A DNA stretch of 63,869 nucleotides, the filler included, from Licmophora abbreviata (Eukaryota): NCBI GenBank assembly GCA_900291995.1. It is 10 parts of 10 records of this genome, joined end to end, with 100 filler letters (N's around TTAATTAATTAA, not from the genome) between each part and the next. Parts side by side here need not be neighbours in the genome. Positions count along the whole stretch, not along the records: positions 1 to 11,422 come from OLMU01001965.1; positions 11,523 to 19,009 come from OLMU01001967.1; 8 more parts are not named here. The stretch is one strand, 5' to 3'. Under the pieces are notes generated by a model, which saw nothing but the letters and a program-made list of their open reading frames with translations, was not told where the DNA came from and did not search any database. The translations under genes and the position numbers were made by a program. Below are positions 1-11,888 of this stretch, in pieces. Every line of letters begins with the position of its first letter. Positions within the stretch are counted from its first letter, which is position 1.

Positions 1-294
1 AACGCCCTTGAATTGCCTCTGTCAAGCTCGCGCGCACGGTACGGAATCAATCGCCTGTACCAGGTGCGACGTACTACCAGGGCAACTGGTACGCTTTACT
101 TTACCTTAGATTGTTAGTGACGGTGGTTTCCTGTGGCACGCTATATTCCAACGCAACTTTCATTTTCATAGTCAAACCTTCGAGAAAGATCCGGTGCTTG
201 CATTTGAGAGGAGCTCATGAAAGAAAACTTTCTAAAAAGCTTTTGTTTTACTAGAGTATCATCTTTGAACCTCGAGGGTCCTCAGCACGCATTC

Positions 295-1307
295 TTACTT
301 CATCTTCTGAATTCCTTCCACTACACTGACCTTGTGCGTGGGACTGACGGCATCGTCTCCATAGTAAACATCACACATGGCACGGCAAAAGGGCGCCGAG
401 TTGATGGCGCCTACACCGCCCGTCGCACTTTTGTAGAGTAGCGTGTCGCCACGAATAGTCATTTCGATTTCAGCGCCTTCCACAAGGTCCACGGGAGGGT
501 TTAGCTTTTTGAATTCGTCAAGTCTACATTGTGCGTGCGTGATTTGTGGTGTCAGAGGAATGACGATACCAGTAACAGGAACGAGCCAGACGGTGAGAAA
601 TCTCAAACTTCACTACCCTTTGCGCGCACTCAAACAATTCGTACTCACTTTTCCAAGTCTTCTCCATTCATACGAGGTTCCAGAGCTTCTACAATGGCAC
701 CCGTATACTTCTCAATGCTCAGACCACGGGCCATGACGATGCGAATAGTACGCGGGTACATGGGGTCCAACAGCGCCTTTTCAATGACCTCCTTGCTCTG
801 GCTCTTGATACCCGCCATTGCAGTCGCGTCAACGTACGTTCCGACAGCGTAGACCTAGAGGGAATAAAATTGCGTGAGGAGTAGGATATATCGCGATTCC
901 AGCGTGGCTCTGCTATCTTTGTCTGCCGGAGATACGGCACTCCATATACACGTCAAGGATCTTGTTTGTGTCCGTACCTTGATGAGACCCCACTTGACTC
1001 TGACTCCTGTTCCAACCAGAGACAAACCGTTGCAAAGCTGCGGGAACAGGATTCCGGTCGCCTTTTCCGTCGTTGGTCCAAGCATGAGGACATCCCCACT
1101 GGTCGGTAGCTTCTCGAGCTGAACTGGCGCAGGCATGGCAACAACAGCTGCACTCAAAGCGACTGCTCCTGCAATTGCATAGACTGCTGCATTTTGACTG
1201 CTGCAACTGCCACTTCGTGCAATACCTGGGATAAAGCCACGTTTCGCAAAGCCAGGACGGACAGAACCCGCGGCAGCACGACGAACTAGAACCGACGATA
1301 TCATCAT
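295..1307 (-). CDS. Chalcone isomerase-like (CHI-fold, FAP/Aim18-like) protein, 3 exons, probable mitochondrial presequence
   Basis: Spliced product reads LVGTGVRVKWGLIK|VYAVGTYVD...RTIRIVMARGL...|LDEFKKL...FCRAMCDVYYGDDAVSP, typical CHI-fold motifs. Arg/Ser-rich N-terminus followed by a hydrophobic segment. GT-AG introns near 980-857 and 650-525. Confidence 0.85.
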
Positions 1308-1596
1308 GGTGTACCGAACGCAAAAAAGATCCAAAAGTGATTGATGATTGATGGCGAGAGATGAGAGATGGCTTCGTTTGCTTGTGTTGCCGGGTGACGC
1401 AATGTTTCTGCGACTAATTTAATCGCATAGTTCAACGCATGACCGGCAAAATTTCAAACACAAATTCGGCCCCGAACTAAGTTCTGCAGGTTCATTCATC
1501 TTAGCGCTCGTGCTTTCCTTGCTCTCGTGGTGAGGGATGGATGAAGCGAAAACACCACTGCGGCTGTGATGCTCAAGCACAAGTTTTAAAGGCAGC

Positions 1597-2256
1597 ATGA
1601 TTCTGCCGATGCCTCGACGATGGCTCCTTGGAGGCATAGCTTCCGCGGCATTATCAATGGAACAAACGCCACAGCCTTCGTTCCGTACTCTCGATGATGT
1701 GGCTGAGTTTGTGTGCAACAATACACCAAGAGCGTTTCGTGATTCTGTACAGTCTAGTGGGGGCAGGTTCTTGTACAGAGGAGAAGAAGGCTCTTCGACA
1801 CAAATGGCACGACTCTGCAGTCCAGAGCCCGACTTGTTGCTTTCTGGAACGTACCCCGAGACCGATGCGCTCGCGTATTTCACTTGTCTAGAGCGACAGC
1901 TAGGTCTGAGCAATACCGTCGCTAAGCCGTCCACTGGACACGTCGGCACTTCTGTTTACGAGGATGCTGCCGTATGGGGAAGCGTAGTCTCGGTGTGGCC
2001 TCTTGGGACAGATCTCTCCTACGTCTGGCCTCGAGACTCGAGCACCTTCTATCCAGACAGTCGTTGCCCCGACAGTACGCTCGTAGTCGATTCAACACTA
2101 GATGAAGCTCTTCTGGAGGGGCGTGAGGTCCTGTTTGCGTCCTGGGGCTCGTCGCCTGAGTATACGTCGAGTGCGCCCTCCTCGTTTCTTGCTCTACCGA
2201 GCAAGTGGGACATGACCTTGCAACAGGTCTTGGGCAGTCTAAAATATGGCTTATAA
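1597..2256 (+). CDS. Hypothetical protein, 219 aa, possible ADP-ribosyltransferase-like fold
   Basis: Intact ORF. Motifs FLYRG, PSTGHVGTS and GREVLF. Confidence 0.65.
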   Translation: MILPMPRRWLLGGIASAALSMEQTPQPSFRTLDDVAEFVCNNTPRAFRDSVQSSGGRFLYRGEEGSSTQMARLCSPEPDLLLSGTYPETDALAYFTCLERQLGLSNTVAKPSTGHVGTSVYEDAAVWGSVVSVWPLGTDLSYVWPRDSSTFYPDSRCPDSTLVVDSTLDEALLEGREVLFASWGSSPEYTSSAPSSFLALPSKWDMTLQQVLGSLKYGL

Positions 2257-2408
2257 CTCTTCTAGTGCATATAATTCGACAAAACTGGCCAACCATAGCG
2301 TGGAACAGTAGAATCTAGATATTGAAATTTCGACTTAGATGGCTTACTTCCCCTTGTATCCTTACACAACATGAACATCGCTCTACATTTGCTGGCAACC
2401 GACTGTAG

Positions 2409-3122
2409 CTACCACCCCTTCTGCTGTATGTTTCGATATGGAAGATAGATTCCTGCATCCATTAGGTAGTAAGCAGCGGCTGTGAACACGTCCACATCAG
2501 TGCTGCCTTCTGCGTACACTGGTGTCAAAAGGATGCTTCCCGAGGCTTCCACGAATGATTCTGTGCCACCAGTCACGCTGAGCGTGTTGTTGAAGACATC
2601 ATACATTTCACCTGCACTTTCGATCGTTCCTGCAAAGGTACCATCATCAATCGAATATGTGAAGCTGCAGTGCCCTCCTCCAACAACTGTGGCGGTGCCA
2701 GCCTCTGATGTTTGCAGTGCTTGGGTTCGGGTGCAAACTCCGCTCACGAAGCCAACGACACTGGTAGTCGACAACGTAGTGTCGGCGAAAATGTCGGAGT
2801 TATAAATGAATTCAGTACCAAGACCCTGAAGTGTACCGTCAGTGGCAATTGAAATAGGCTGGACTGCAGCCAGTGTGACCAAGATGCGTTTTGGTGGTCG
2901 GGGACGACGCCGCGGACCGTTACCCCCTCCTTTGCCCTTCTTTCCTTTTGACCCGGATAACTTGCGTCTTTGAAAGCTAGAGCTTCCCTTTTGACTAGTC
3001 TCACTGAGATCTGCTCTGGCTCTTTTCTCTGGACCTCTGAGTTTCTGGACGGGATCAGCAGCTTCGGCTAGCAAGAGTGGCACGAGGAGTGCACCAACAA
3101 ACAAGACTCGTCGCAAATTCAT
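2409..3122 (-). CDS. Secreted dirigent/allene-oxide-cyclase-like beta-barrel protein
   Basis: Signal peptide, then RRKL and a K/G-rich tract, then GFVSGVCTRTQ...GGGHCSFTY...LSVTGGTESFVEASG (the ITGGTGxFxGAxG-like motif of dirigent/AOC barrels). Confidence 0.7.
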   Translation of the reverse strand: MNLRRVLFVGALLVPLLLAEAADPVQKLRGPEKRARADLSETSQKGSSSFQRRKLSGSKGKKGKGGGNGPRRRPRPPKRILVTLAAVQPISIATDGTLQGLGTEFIYNSDIFADTTLSTTSVVGFVSGVCTRTQALQTSEAGTATVVGGGHCSFTYSIDDGTFAGTIESAGEMYDVFNNTLSVTGGTESFVEASGSILLTPVYAEGSTDVDVFTAAAYYLMDAGIYLPYRNIQQKGW

Positions 3123-3790
3123 GGCTCAAGATTACGAATTCCGAGAGATCACTGCGAAGATACGGTTCACGGGCAGCACAGTGACATGCGTGAGTGGGGA
3201 CCCTCTGACAACGGTGAAAACACCTTTCCCTCTGTTGCAACATCGACACTTACACTCTCGACGAAGTTGTTGTTTTTGTTGTTCTTGTCTTGTGACAAGT
3301 GTTGCGCAAAATTGTGAGCTGAAAAAAGTGGTGCGCCGACCGTTAGATGCGTTGAGTTTATCGTAGAATCCTACGATTGTCAGTACTCATATTGGGAGTA
3401 CCTTCAACAAATTTCAAATATGTCATGACATTCTACTCTCATAAGGATTGACCAACTCAATACTAGACTACGGAGCCGAGGATTAAATTTATTTTTCACC
3501 AAAATGGACTCAATTTTTGCATTCGTTCATTTTCACCGACATAATTTCGATTTTTGCTGAAATATTTTAAACGTATATTCGAGTCTGAAGATCATATAAA
3601 TTTTGAATTTGAGCGAGAGCGGCGGAAACATTTTGTCGACCTCCTCATCGACAGTCGACTGATGACAGTATAATATCATAAGATTGATTCGCTCTTCTCG
3701 CCTCTTCTCAGGTTTCTTTTTCCTTACTGTTGACTCTATCGCGTGTCAAAATAGAATCATTGAGCGCCAAGAAAGAGTTTCGTTCAAAAA

Positions 3791-6700
3791 ATGCCAAGCA
3801 AGAGTAGCAGCACCGCGGCACAACCGACACCTCATCGGTCTCGTCGGCGGCGGCGTGAACCCAAGAAGCCCGCTACTGACGCTTCCGACAAGGAAAATTC
3901 GGTGCCAGCAACGTCCAAGGTCGAATCATCCTTCGATGTCGAAAAGAACGGTGTAGGTCACTCGGATGGGGACACGCCGTCTCACATCCAGAACATCCTG
4001 CGAAGCTTCCGAGCGGCCAGCCAATCGACGTCGTCCAGGTCGTTTTGGAAAAAGCACTCCTCCCTGGCAGAGTGCATTGTAAACTCGTCAGTCCTTTTTT
4101 CTGATGGAGAAAGTATACAAGAGAGTGCCCTGCTTCTGGAAGGCCGTGCTGCTGACGTATTTCAGATTTGTCGAACGGCAGTCAAGGCGGCGACCGAAGG
4201 TGACAATATCGACGACAATCTGCTTGTGGCGATTCATGGGATACGAGGGATTTTATCTCAGCTGATCGATTCAAAGGAGCTCGAAGCGGCCATCAAAGTT
4301 CTCTATTATGCGGTTAAGACAGCAACAGATCGGTGTCTGACTAGCAAGGAAAAGACGTCCTGCCTTGAATCAGCGGCCCTTTGCCTCGGTGCACTACAGG
4401 CAATGGGGAGAGTGTTCACTCTGTACTCGATACCGTTAACGAAAGGGAAAGGGTGCGTAAGATTTTCTTGTACACAGCACACTGTCTTGTCGTTCCCTGT
4501 TCCAGTAATCCAGCAGAGTCAGGGAGCGATTGGTTCCATTCCTATCAAGCAACTCTTCAAGATTGGGATTCAATCCATCACGGACGCTGCAAGCTGTGTA
4601 TCGCGTTTGACGTCCATCAGATTCGAAGAGGCGTCGGATTCGTCACGAGATTTTGGTCAAGGTGTCAGCGATATCCTCACTTCGGCCATTGTTCAGGACA
4701 ACCAATTGTTTGAAACATGCTTGTCAGTGATCCGCGACAACGCTCAGCCTTGGATGAGCGTTCTCGCATCCCGCGATGTGGCAACGGACGAGACTCTGGT
4801 CGACGTCCTGGCTTATGCTAAGCGAGTACATGGTATACTATTGGACGCTGCTGTCTATGTTGACAAGCGTCTGAAGAAGGTCTCGTGCGAAAAGAAGAAG
4901 TCTGAGTGGACTGCGCGCTCCCTGCTACTTCGGGAACAAGCGATTGTGTCTCTTGTTTTGTCGAATGACAGTGACATGCCACCATCCAGGACTCTTCAGG
5001 AGGCTCTGCAAAAGGGCACGTTTGACACAGCGTGCGCCTGTGCGTGGAGAGCAAGTGCGTTATACGTCCAGCAGAGGGCATCTGATGAACTGGGCGATCA
5101 CTTGTGGGCTTTTCACGCCCGTGTGGGGCGAGCGCTAGACGCGATTGCTGTGGATAGTTGTACGAGCTACGCTGAGTACTGTGTCTATCGAGCACTTCAT
5201 TGCAAAAGGCATGGACGCTTTTCGTGCTCTTGCGAGTCAACGAACTGCATTTTTCCGTACCTGCCGTTTCAGTACGTTCATCGTCAATGCTTGCCTGTGA
5301 GCAGCCACCGGCCAAAGAGTATGCAAAGCAAAGAACAAGGCGCAGAAGTGCTGGCGTTGACGTTTGTCTTGCTGAGCCTACGAGAAGAGTTGGATCGCAT
5401 AATTGGGCACTCGAGTCAGCAGAACGCCATCGAAGGGGGGCGACTGGGGGAAGTCTTGAAAGCCTGCCAAATTTGTCTACGCGGGTTTCGACGCGTGTCT
5501 CTGCAGGAGTCGTCTCACGCGCTGCCGCTTGACTTGATGGCAAGATACCAGAAGCTGGTCGAACTGTCATCGATCGACCGAAAAATTTTCGAGTTTTTGT
5601 CACAGAAAGAAGACTTGACTCTGACAGATTCAGATGTCGCACTGCTGGAGGCCGCGGGAGCCATTCTTGTGGACTGCACTGGCCCGTTCGTTGCTTCGAT
5701 CTACCGAAAATCGACAACACGTAAACCTCAGTATTGTGCAATGGCAATGGAGTCTTTCATTCGTGGTATGCAGCTCTTCGATTTTCTTCACATCCATTCA
5801 CGTTCGCGCCACAGTACTGGGGGAGTCGATGCCGACACCCGTTTGTTGGGAATGGCCGACCAGTCGATGCGGAGATTGTCGGAGTTCGTATCAAAAGGAC
5901 GCGCCTCTCGGGCGGATACGGAACGAGCGGCAAAGGTAACATGGTTGTGACGCTGATATATTGTACCAAGATACAGGTGAAGCTCCCTGATTTCACGTGC
6001 ATCGTTTCATCTCTATGCGTTTCGCAGGCGATCTCGGCAATCGGCAGGAAAAGGTTCGATCGCATGGTGAGTTGTAGTGACGCTGTGGCGGCCACCGTTT
6101 CACTGGGCGGCACGTAACTCATTCCGATATGCCCTTTGACATAGAATCACGTTCAAAGCCTTCTTCCCACCTTTCTTTCGACAAGGCTGTTCTCGGGGCT
6201 CTCTGAGGAGGTTGAGTCAAGTCAAAACTACCAGGTTCCAATGCGATGCGCACATTTGGCTTCGATTTTCCAAAGATTAGGTATGCATGGGGAAGCAAGT
6301 CTTGCGTTCGTTCTCGCCACTGAACACGAGACTCGGGATGCTGCAAAGGTGAACCAGGTCGCCGAATCTGAAGTACTGCTTGATCTCCTGAAGCGCATCG
6401 GTGGATTATCGAACGGTTTGGTGTGCATTGGGACGAAGGGGGGTCCTCCTAGATCAAGGCAGCCAGCAGTTTCGAAGAGGCTCGTTCGCGCGTATTGGGA
6501 GAATCGAAACGCGTCGGGAATTGCAATGTCCGTCATTCAGTTTGTAAACAGCGCGACGTTTGATCTCTGGGATGGGATGGAAGAATCCATCACAAGCATA
6601 CTAGGAGGCGTCACCGACGAGAAGAATTCTGACGATGAAGGGAAAGTGGTCAATCTCGGGGAACTTTTAAGGGCTGCATTCAAGCTGCAAACGAGGCCAT

Positions 6701-9700
6701 ATGGGGATAGACGAAGGAACAAATATCTGTTGGCTGAGCAAGTCTGTGTCACTTGTCAGATTATATCTTCCATCAGTGCACTCGAAAGCTTTCAACCTGA
6801 GGGAGCTCAAGAAATAATCGAACTCTTCCGGCTTCTCACGCAAACGAGCAACAGGCTCATTGATTCTTCAGATGGTGCGTCAAGGGATCTGATTGTGGCA
6901 ACGGCTCATTTGGCCGCCGCAGTGTCGCTAGCGGCTCCCAGATCTCAGGAAAGGGGCTGTGGCCAACACCCAGGGTATGAGCAACTGCATGCTCGAGCAC
7001 TTTGTTTGAATGAGAAGGCGCAGCAACTCTTAAAAGGAATGGATGACGACAAGATAAAACCGCTGGCTATGGCTGTTCTAGTCTCGGCGAAGATACAGTC
7101 CTATCAGATCAAGCAGGTCTCACGAGAATCCGACCTGGCATCGATTTTCTCATCTTGTCATGTTGCTGTCAAGGCTCTGAACGAACTTAACGATTTTGTA
7201 GGTACTTCCGTCAACGCATCAACAGCTGCATGTTTAGTGGGTGCGTTGACGATCCTGCGAAATCAATTGAGCTCCTCTGGTGATGCTCTGCACTCCGCCC
7301 AAGCAGCCCTGATAATGCTTCAGGTTGTACAAACGAGAGGAAGTCGCAGCGACAATCGTTACCGATCTATGGCAGCGAGTGATCTATGGAGTGGCAGACT
7401 TCAGCTCTTGGCGAAAGAAGTCGTGGGCGACACGTTGGACACTCGACCTGTCATCCGGAAGGCTGCTCTTCAGAAAAGCATCAATGAGCTCCTCTTACTT
7501 GAGCTGCGGGCTACACAGCTCCTTCTCGACATGCAAGTTTGCACCGGTAGCAGTGTCAGACAGAGCATGTTGGAAGTAAGGAACATTGAGCAATGTTGCG
7601 TTGAGTCTTCTTGCGGGGATATCACCGATCTGCTCCTACAATGGGTGAGAGCAACGTGTGCGTTGGCTCTTGCGCAGGGATCCAAACGAGTCGAATCGCT
7701 ATTTTCCGCTCAAAATTACGTTCGACAGTGTCTTTGTATATGTCGTGATGCGATAGCGGAGCTACAACCAAGGAGGGGCCCAACCCTCGGGGACTGTGAT
7801 GAGGGTTTTACCACCGCGCTGGCTTCGACGCTCGAGGAGCAATTTTCTGCCAGGGTTCTGGAATGCCTCAGAGCACGATCGCTTCTCTTTGCGGCCATGG
7901 GGAGGCACCGCAATGCAGATGCGCACGCTCTGGCTATGCTGGAAGGGCAGATGGGCACAGAACGACTCTGTTCAAGATGGGGCTCGAAGAAATCTCGTCG
8001 GCTCTCAATAGCATTGACTTTCTGGACCCGAAACAAGCCGCCTCGTTCCGAATGATCTTGTCGCTCAAAACAATGGCTTCTTCGATGGAAACGGTGAGCG
8101 TGGCTCTCTCACCAGATCAATCTCTCTTCCGGTTCCTCACTGATACAAATCGCGATGAGAAGGCTCTTACAGGGAAAATGGAGTCAATTTGGAATCTACT
8201 GATAGGTAAGAAAATTTCAAAACGTTTTTGTGGGGAGCCTACCTGAAAGATTGTCAGGCTTGTTCTAACGTGTATGCACTTTGAATACATAGTTTGCGAT
8301 AGCCTCTATCAGCCATTTGCTCGAAGCAACCTGATGTCGGCTGATATCTGCAAGAAACTAATTTGCAGGGTCGCAACCGTGCTGTCGTCGCCAAGAGCAA
8401 GCGACTACCTTGCTTCTGTTTCGGCCGGGCTCGAACGAAGGGTAGAGGGCTTTCTCGACTTCGAAAATCACGCAACGCTCCGAGAGCTGAAACTTCTTGT
8501 CGCCCAGTTTATGCCTGAATATGCTGACACCCTTACTAGTCGATGCACATCGGTCGTCGAGTCACAGCGAGCGCCCATCCAGTGTCGGGCATGGGCCTAT
8601 TTCTATCTTGCACTCCTCGAAATATCTTCAGCAAGAAACACGGGTTCACTCCAACGTCTATGGGCGAGTTGTTCGAGTATCTATGAGCAACCGGACGTTG
8701 ACCAGAAAGAATCAGCAAGTTCCGCCTCTCGAGACGAGCGCTCTGATCCACTAGGGGCGGCCAAATTCTATCTACGCGAGGCCCTTATCTTGGCAGGACC
8801 AGCCTCGTGCATGCTCTCGCGAGATATTCTGAGATGCCTTGCACTGGTTTCTGGGCCCATCCACGAACGCCAAGCCATTGGTGTCTCAACTGCGGCATTG
8901 ATGCACACGTCAATCGGATCTACGGCACGGCAAGTTAAATGCCACAATCATGCAGTCGGTGATCACAAGAGCTCGTTCCAGGAACGCTCCTGGATATTCG
9001 ATGCCTTGGATACTACGTTCGACGCCATGGACAAACGAAACAAGTCGGTCCAGAGACTATTTTCAGAGACGAATCTGCGTATTCCGCTTGACTGGCGTTT
9101 AATCTCGATGACCCTTTGCCCAACTGGTGATATCCTCATAAATTCTCTTGAGAGAAGTGACAAGGTCGACTCTGTTTCGTCGATTGAGTCAAGAACCGTC
9201 TGCATATTTGCTGGAGATAGGTCTGACGGTCTACTGCAGTCGGGATTGTATGACAACATCTTGAATCCACTAGACAAAATCATACAAAGAAACGAATCAC
9301 ATCTCAGTGGACTCGACAAGGACACGATTGCAGGTCAGTTCAATGATTCATCGTCGAAGCGAGACTGGTGGGACGAGAGACACCGGATAGACAGAGCGCT
9401 GCAGAGCCATGTACAACTCGTCGAAGGGGAATTTTTCAAAGCGCAAAGTGTCAAGCAGCTTTTCGCATGCGGCGATTCGCAGTGTGAACATGAAGAATCC
9501 TGGCTCAAGGTATCGCGTGGCAATCTGGCGTCAAAGTTCGAAGAAGTCTACTCGGCGAATGATTCTCCAGCGAAAGACACTGAGAGCACGTCTGATCGAT
9601 TGTTTGACGCTAACGACGCCCGAAGACTCACGGTAGACGAGATTAGAAAAGAGCTGATCGGCTTGGGTATCGATCAAAAACGTTCCTTTAAGATGAAAAA

Positions 9701-10701
9701 GAAGGATCTGATCGAGCTGCTTGTTGATGAGAGCAGGAAGCGTCACGTGGCTTCGACGGGTGGGTCTCCAACAGCTGAGTCAGGTCGACCTGGCGCAGGT
9801 GCATCCCCAATCACAATCCTCATTCTCGACGAGCATCTCAACCGTTTTCCTTGGGAGGGCATGGAGATCTTCAAGGGCAGAGCTGTCTGCAGAGTTCCGT
9901 CGCTACCTTTCGCCTTCGGCCCCCCTTCTCGACAACGATGCTGGCTCTCCACCGTATGTAGACCCAAGAAGCGCGAGATACGTGGTGGATCCGGAAGGAA
10001 ATTTAGGGAAGACGAAGGATCGTCTTGTTCCCGTTGCAGAGGACATTTCCACGGGGAATCAATGGGACTGGGAAGGCGTTGTTGGAGCAATGCCTTCTCC
10101 CGATTTCATGGAAGGAGCCCTGAAGAAGGAAAACGGCTTACTTTTATACTGTGGACACGGGGGCGGACAATCGTGCTTCTCTCGCTCCAAGGTAGAGACG
10201 CTAATGCGGGGCGAGCAAGGCTGTCGAGCCAGTCTCATTCTGATGGGATGTAGCTCGGGAAAACTCGAATCCGTGAACCGAAAAGATTCTAATTTTATTG
10301 GAAGGACTCCCATCTACTACGAGCCAGAGGGTATCGCACTCTCGTATCTATGCGCCGGGTCGCCCTGCGTAGTCGGAAATCTCTGGGATGTGACAGATCG
10401 TGACATCGACAGGTACGTCGACGGAACAGACGTCATCACTTACCCGGCGCCATCATCGGTCACTAACGTTTCCTGGTCGACTTCGCGTGCCCTCTGCTTA
10501 CCTGGCAGGTACTGTGTGACGCTTCTGGAGACATTCCTTGGCGATGACGTTGGCAACAGATCTCTTGCCCAGTGCGTTGCTGATGCTCGCTCATCTTGCG
10601 TAATGAGTCATATTGTCGGTCTGGCGCCCGTTTGCTATGGTGTGCCGGTGCACTTGCTGCCATCTAGCAAAGATCGAGTCAAAGCTAGCACTGCTACATA
10701 G
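3791..10701 (+). CDS. ESP1: Separase (peptidase C50), multi-exon, with two apparent frameshifts (~7950, ~9920)
   Basis: C-terminal motifs WWDERHRID, LILDEHLNRFPWEG, RVPSL, YVVDPEGNL, LLYCGHGGG (catalytic His), LMGCSSG (catalytic Cys), VVGNLWDVTDRDID. Long helical N-terminus. Introns near 5936-6027, 6067-6144, 8206-8291, 10413-10508. Confidence 0.93.
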
Positions 10702-10729
10702 CGTCCAATAACATCATTGCAAAAAATGC

Positions 10730-11422
10730 TTATTTCAAGGGCAGAGAAGCAGCCGCTCGCACTCGCACTCCTTCTGGCAGTCCAGGAAGACTGTTTACCA
10801 TCTTGGCAACCCCTCTCGCCTGCAGAGTTTGTTCCTCCTCCCTACAAGGAATGGATGCTCCTTCGGGACATACTACCGCCTGCACCAGTAAGCTATCTGC
10901 ATTGCGCAACAATGGAATATTCTTTGGGTCGGCCACATTCTGGGAAAACAATCGAAGGTTGGTTGGAAGTCTGGCTCGCGAAACGGGAAGTCGAGCTCCA
11001 GCCAAGGCAACTTCTGGGCGATTGGCGTCTCGTACTGTAAGGACAATAGTGTCCAGAGGACCGGGACGCAAGTTGGGATCCGAGAGATAGAGTAGAGCTG
11101 AACATGAATAATAAAGAGAAGAGGCATATTATGAGCTCGTATTGCTGATAGGCTGTCTCTCTCGAGAGAGAGGTTCGTAGGTTTATAAGGTGTCCGCAGT
11201 GTCTTACCTTCAACGATTGGGGCGTTGGCATCGTCCACCGCCTTGATAGTTTCCATGTTCGAAGGAAGCCGAATCTGAGGTCTCTCATCTGATGGAGGCT
11301 TGAGACTGTCCAAGAGGTTTCCTTCTGCAGGCTGCTTTTGCGATAGTACCACAGTCGGCAGGATCTGGGCTGGAGCCGGCGGGAAGGACGTGTGAACCGA
11401 CAAGGTACTACTGACAATGGTC
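10730..11422 (-). CDS. Hypothetical protein, 3' part (5' end lost in gap), at least 2 exons
   Basis: ORFs 10873..11403 and 10730..11071 joined by a GT-AG intron near 11187-11090. C-terminal AGARLP...QARGVAK...VRAAASLPL. Confidence 0.6.
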
Positions 11423-11522
11423 NNNNNNNNNNNNNNNNNNNNNNNNNNNNNNNNNNNNNNNNNNNNTTAATTAATTAANNNNNNNNNNNNNNNNNNNNNN
11501 NNNNNNNNNNNNNNNNNNNNNN
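11423..11522. other. Artificial contig linker N44-TTAATTAATTAA-N44; identical linkers at 19010-19109, 21999-22098, 38019-38118, 45571-45670, 50059-50158, 58178-58277, 60273-60372, 62415-62514
   Basis: Exactly 100 nt each with a six-frame stop cassette in the centre. Confidence 0.98.
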
Positions 11523-11888
11523 AATATATAAGATTAATGTCTATATGTACCTATTTCATTTTGTCAATATACGTATGCGATGAATACATTGCAAGGTACA
11601 TTGAACATGTTCAAATGTGCCCCAAGCTCGCTGGAGTTGTTTTTCATCTTATCGTGACGTTTCTTTGACAGTTCGTAGAAGGATGGAGTTAGGAATCTTT
11701 GGAGGCGTCGTCTCAGATCTCATGACGACATCGTTCTTTCTCAGCCGTCCAAATTGGAACTCCGGACACACCATGACGATACCGTACCTTGATCGGCGCT
11801 GCTCATTTTATCATATCGATCTTGCAGTGCGGATTTGACTATTCAGTTGTTGGCGTGTATCAAAATTTAATCAATCCACACAATTGTC

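Noticed and set aside
4818..5747. Long antisense or alternate-frame ORFs (also 15503-16360, 47919-48635, 63194-63856)
   Set aside because: Shadows of real CDSs, with no recognisable motifs of their own.
10413..10508. Stop-free introns of length 3n (separase, MDR, methyltransferase, HGH1, PDZ) as regulated intron retention
   Set aside because: About 5 of roughly 33 introns is not clearly above chance for short introns at this GC content; RNA-seq would be needed.
3791..10701. Separase as a pseudogene or programmed-frameshift gene
   Set aside because: Essential gene with intact catalytic His and Cys; the shifts sit in homopolymers like other errors in this assembly.
11423..11522. TTAATTAATTAA palindrome repeated nine times
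   Set aside because: Always centred in N44 flanks: an assembly linker, not biology. ORFs ending in X...LIN are artefacts of it.
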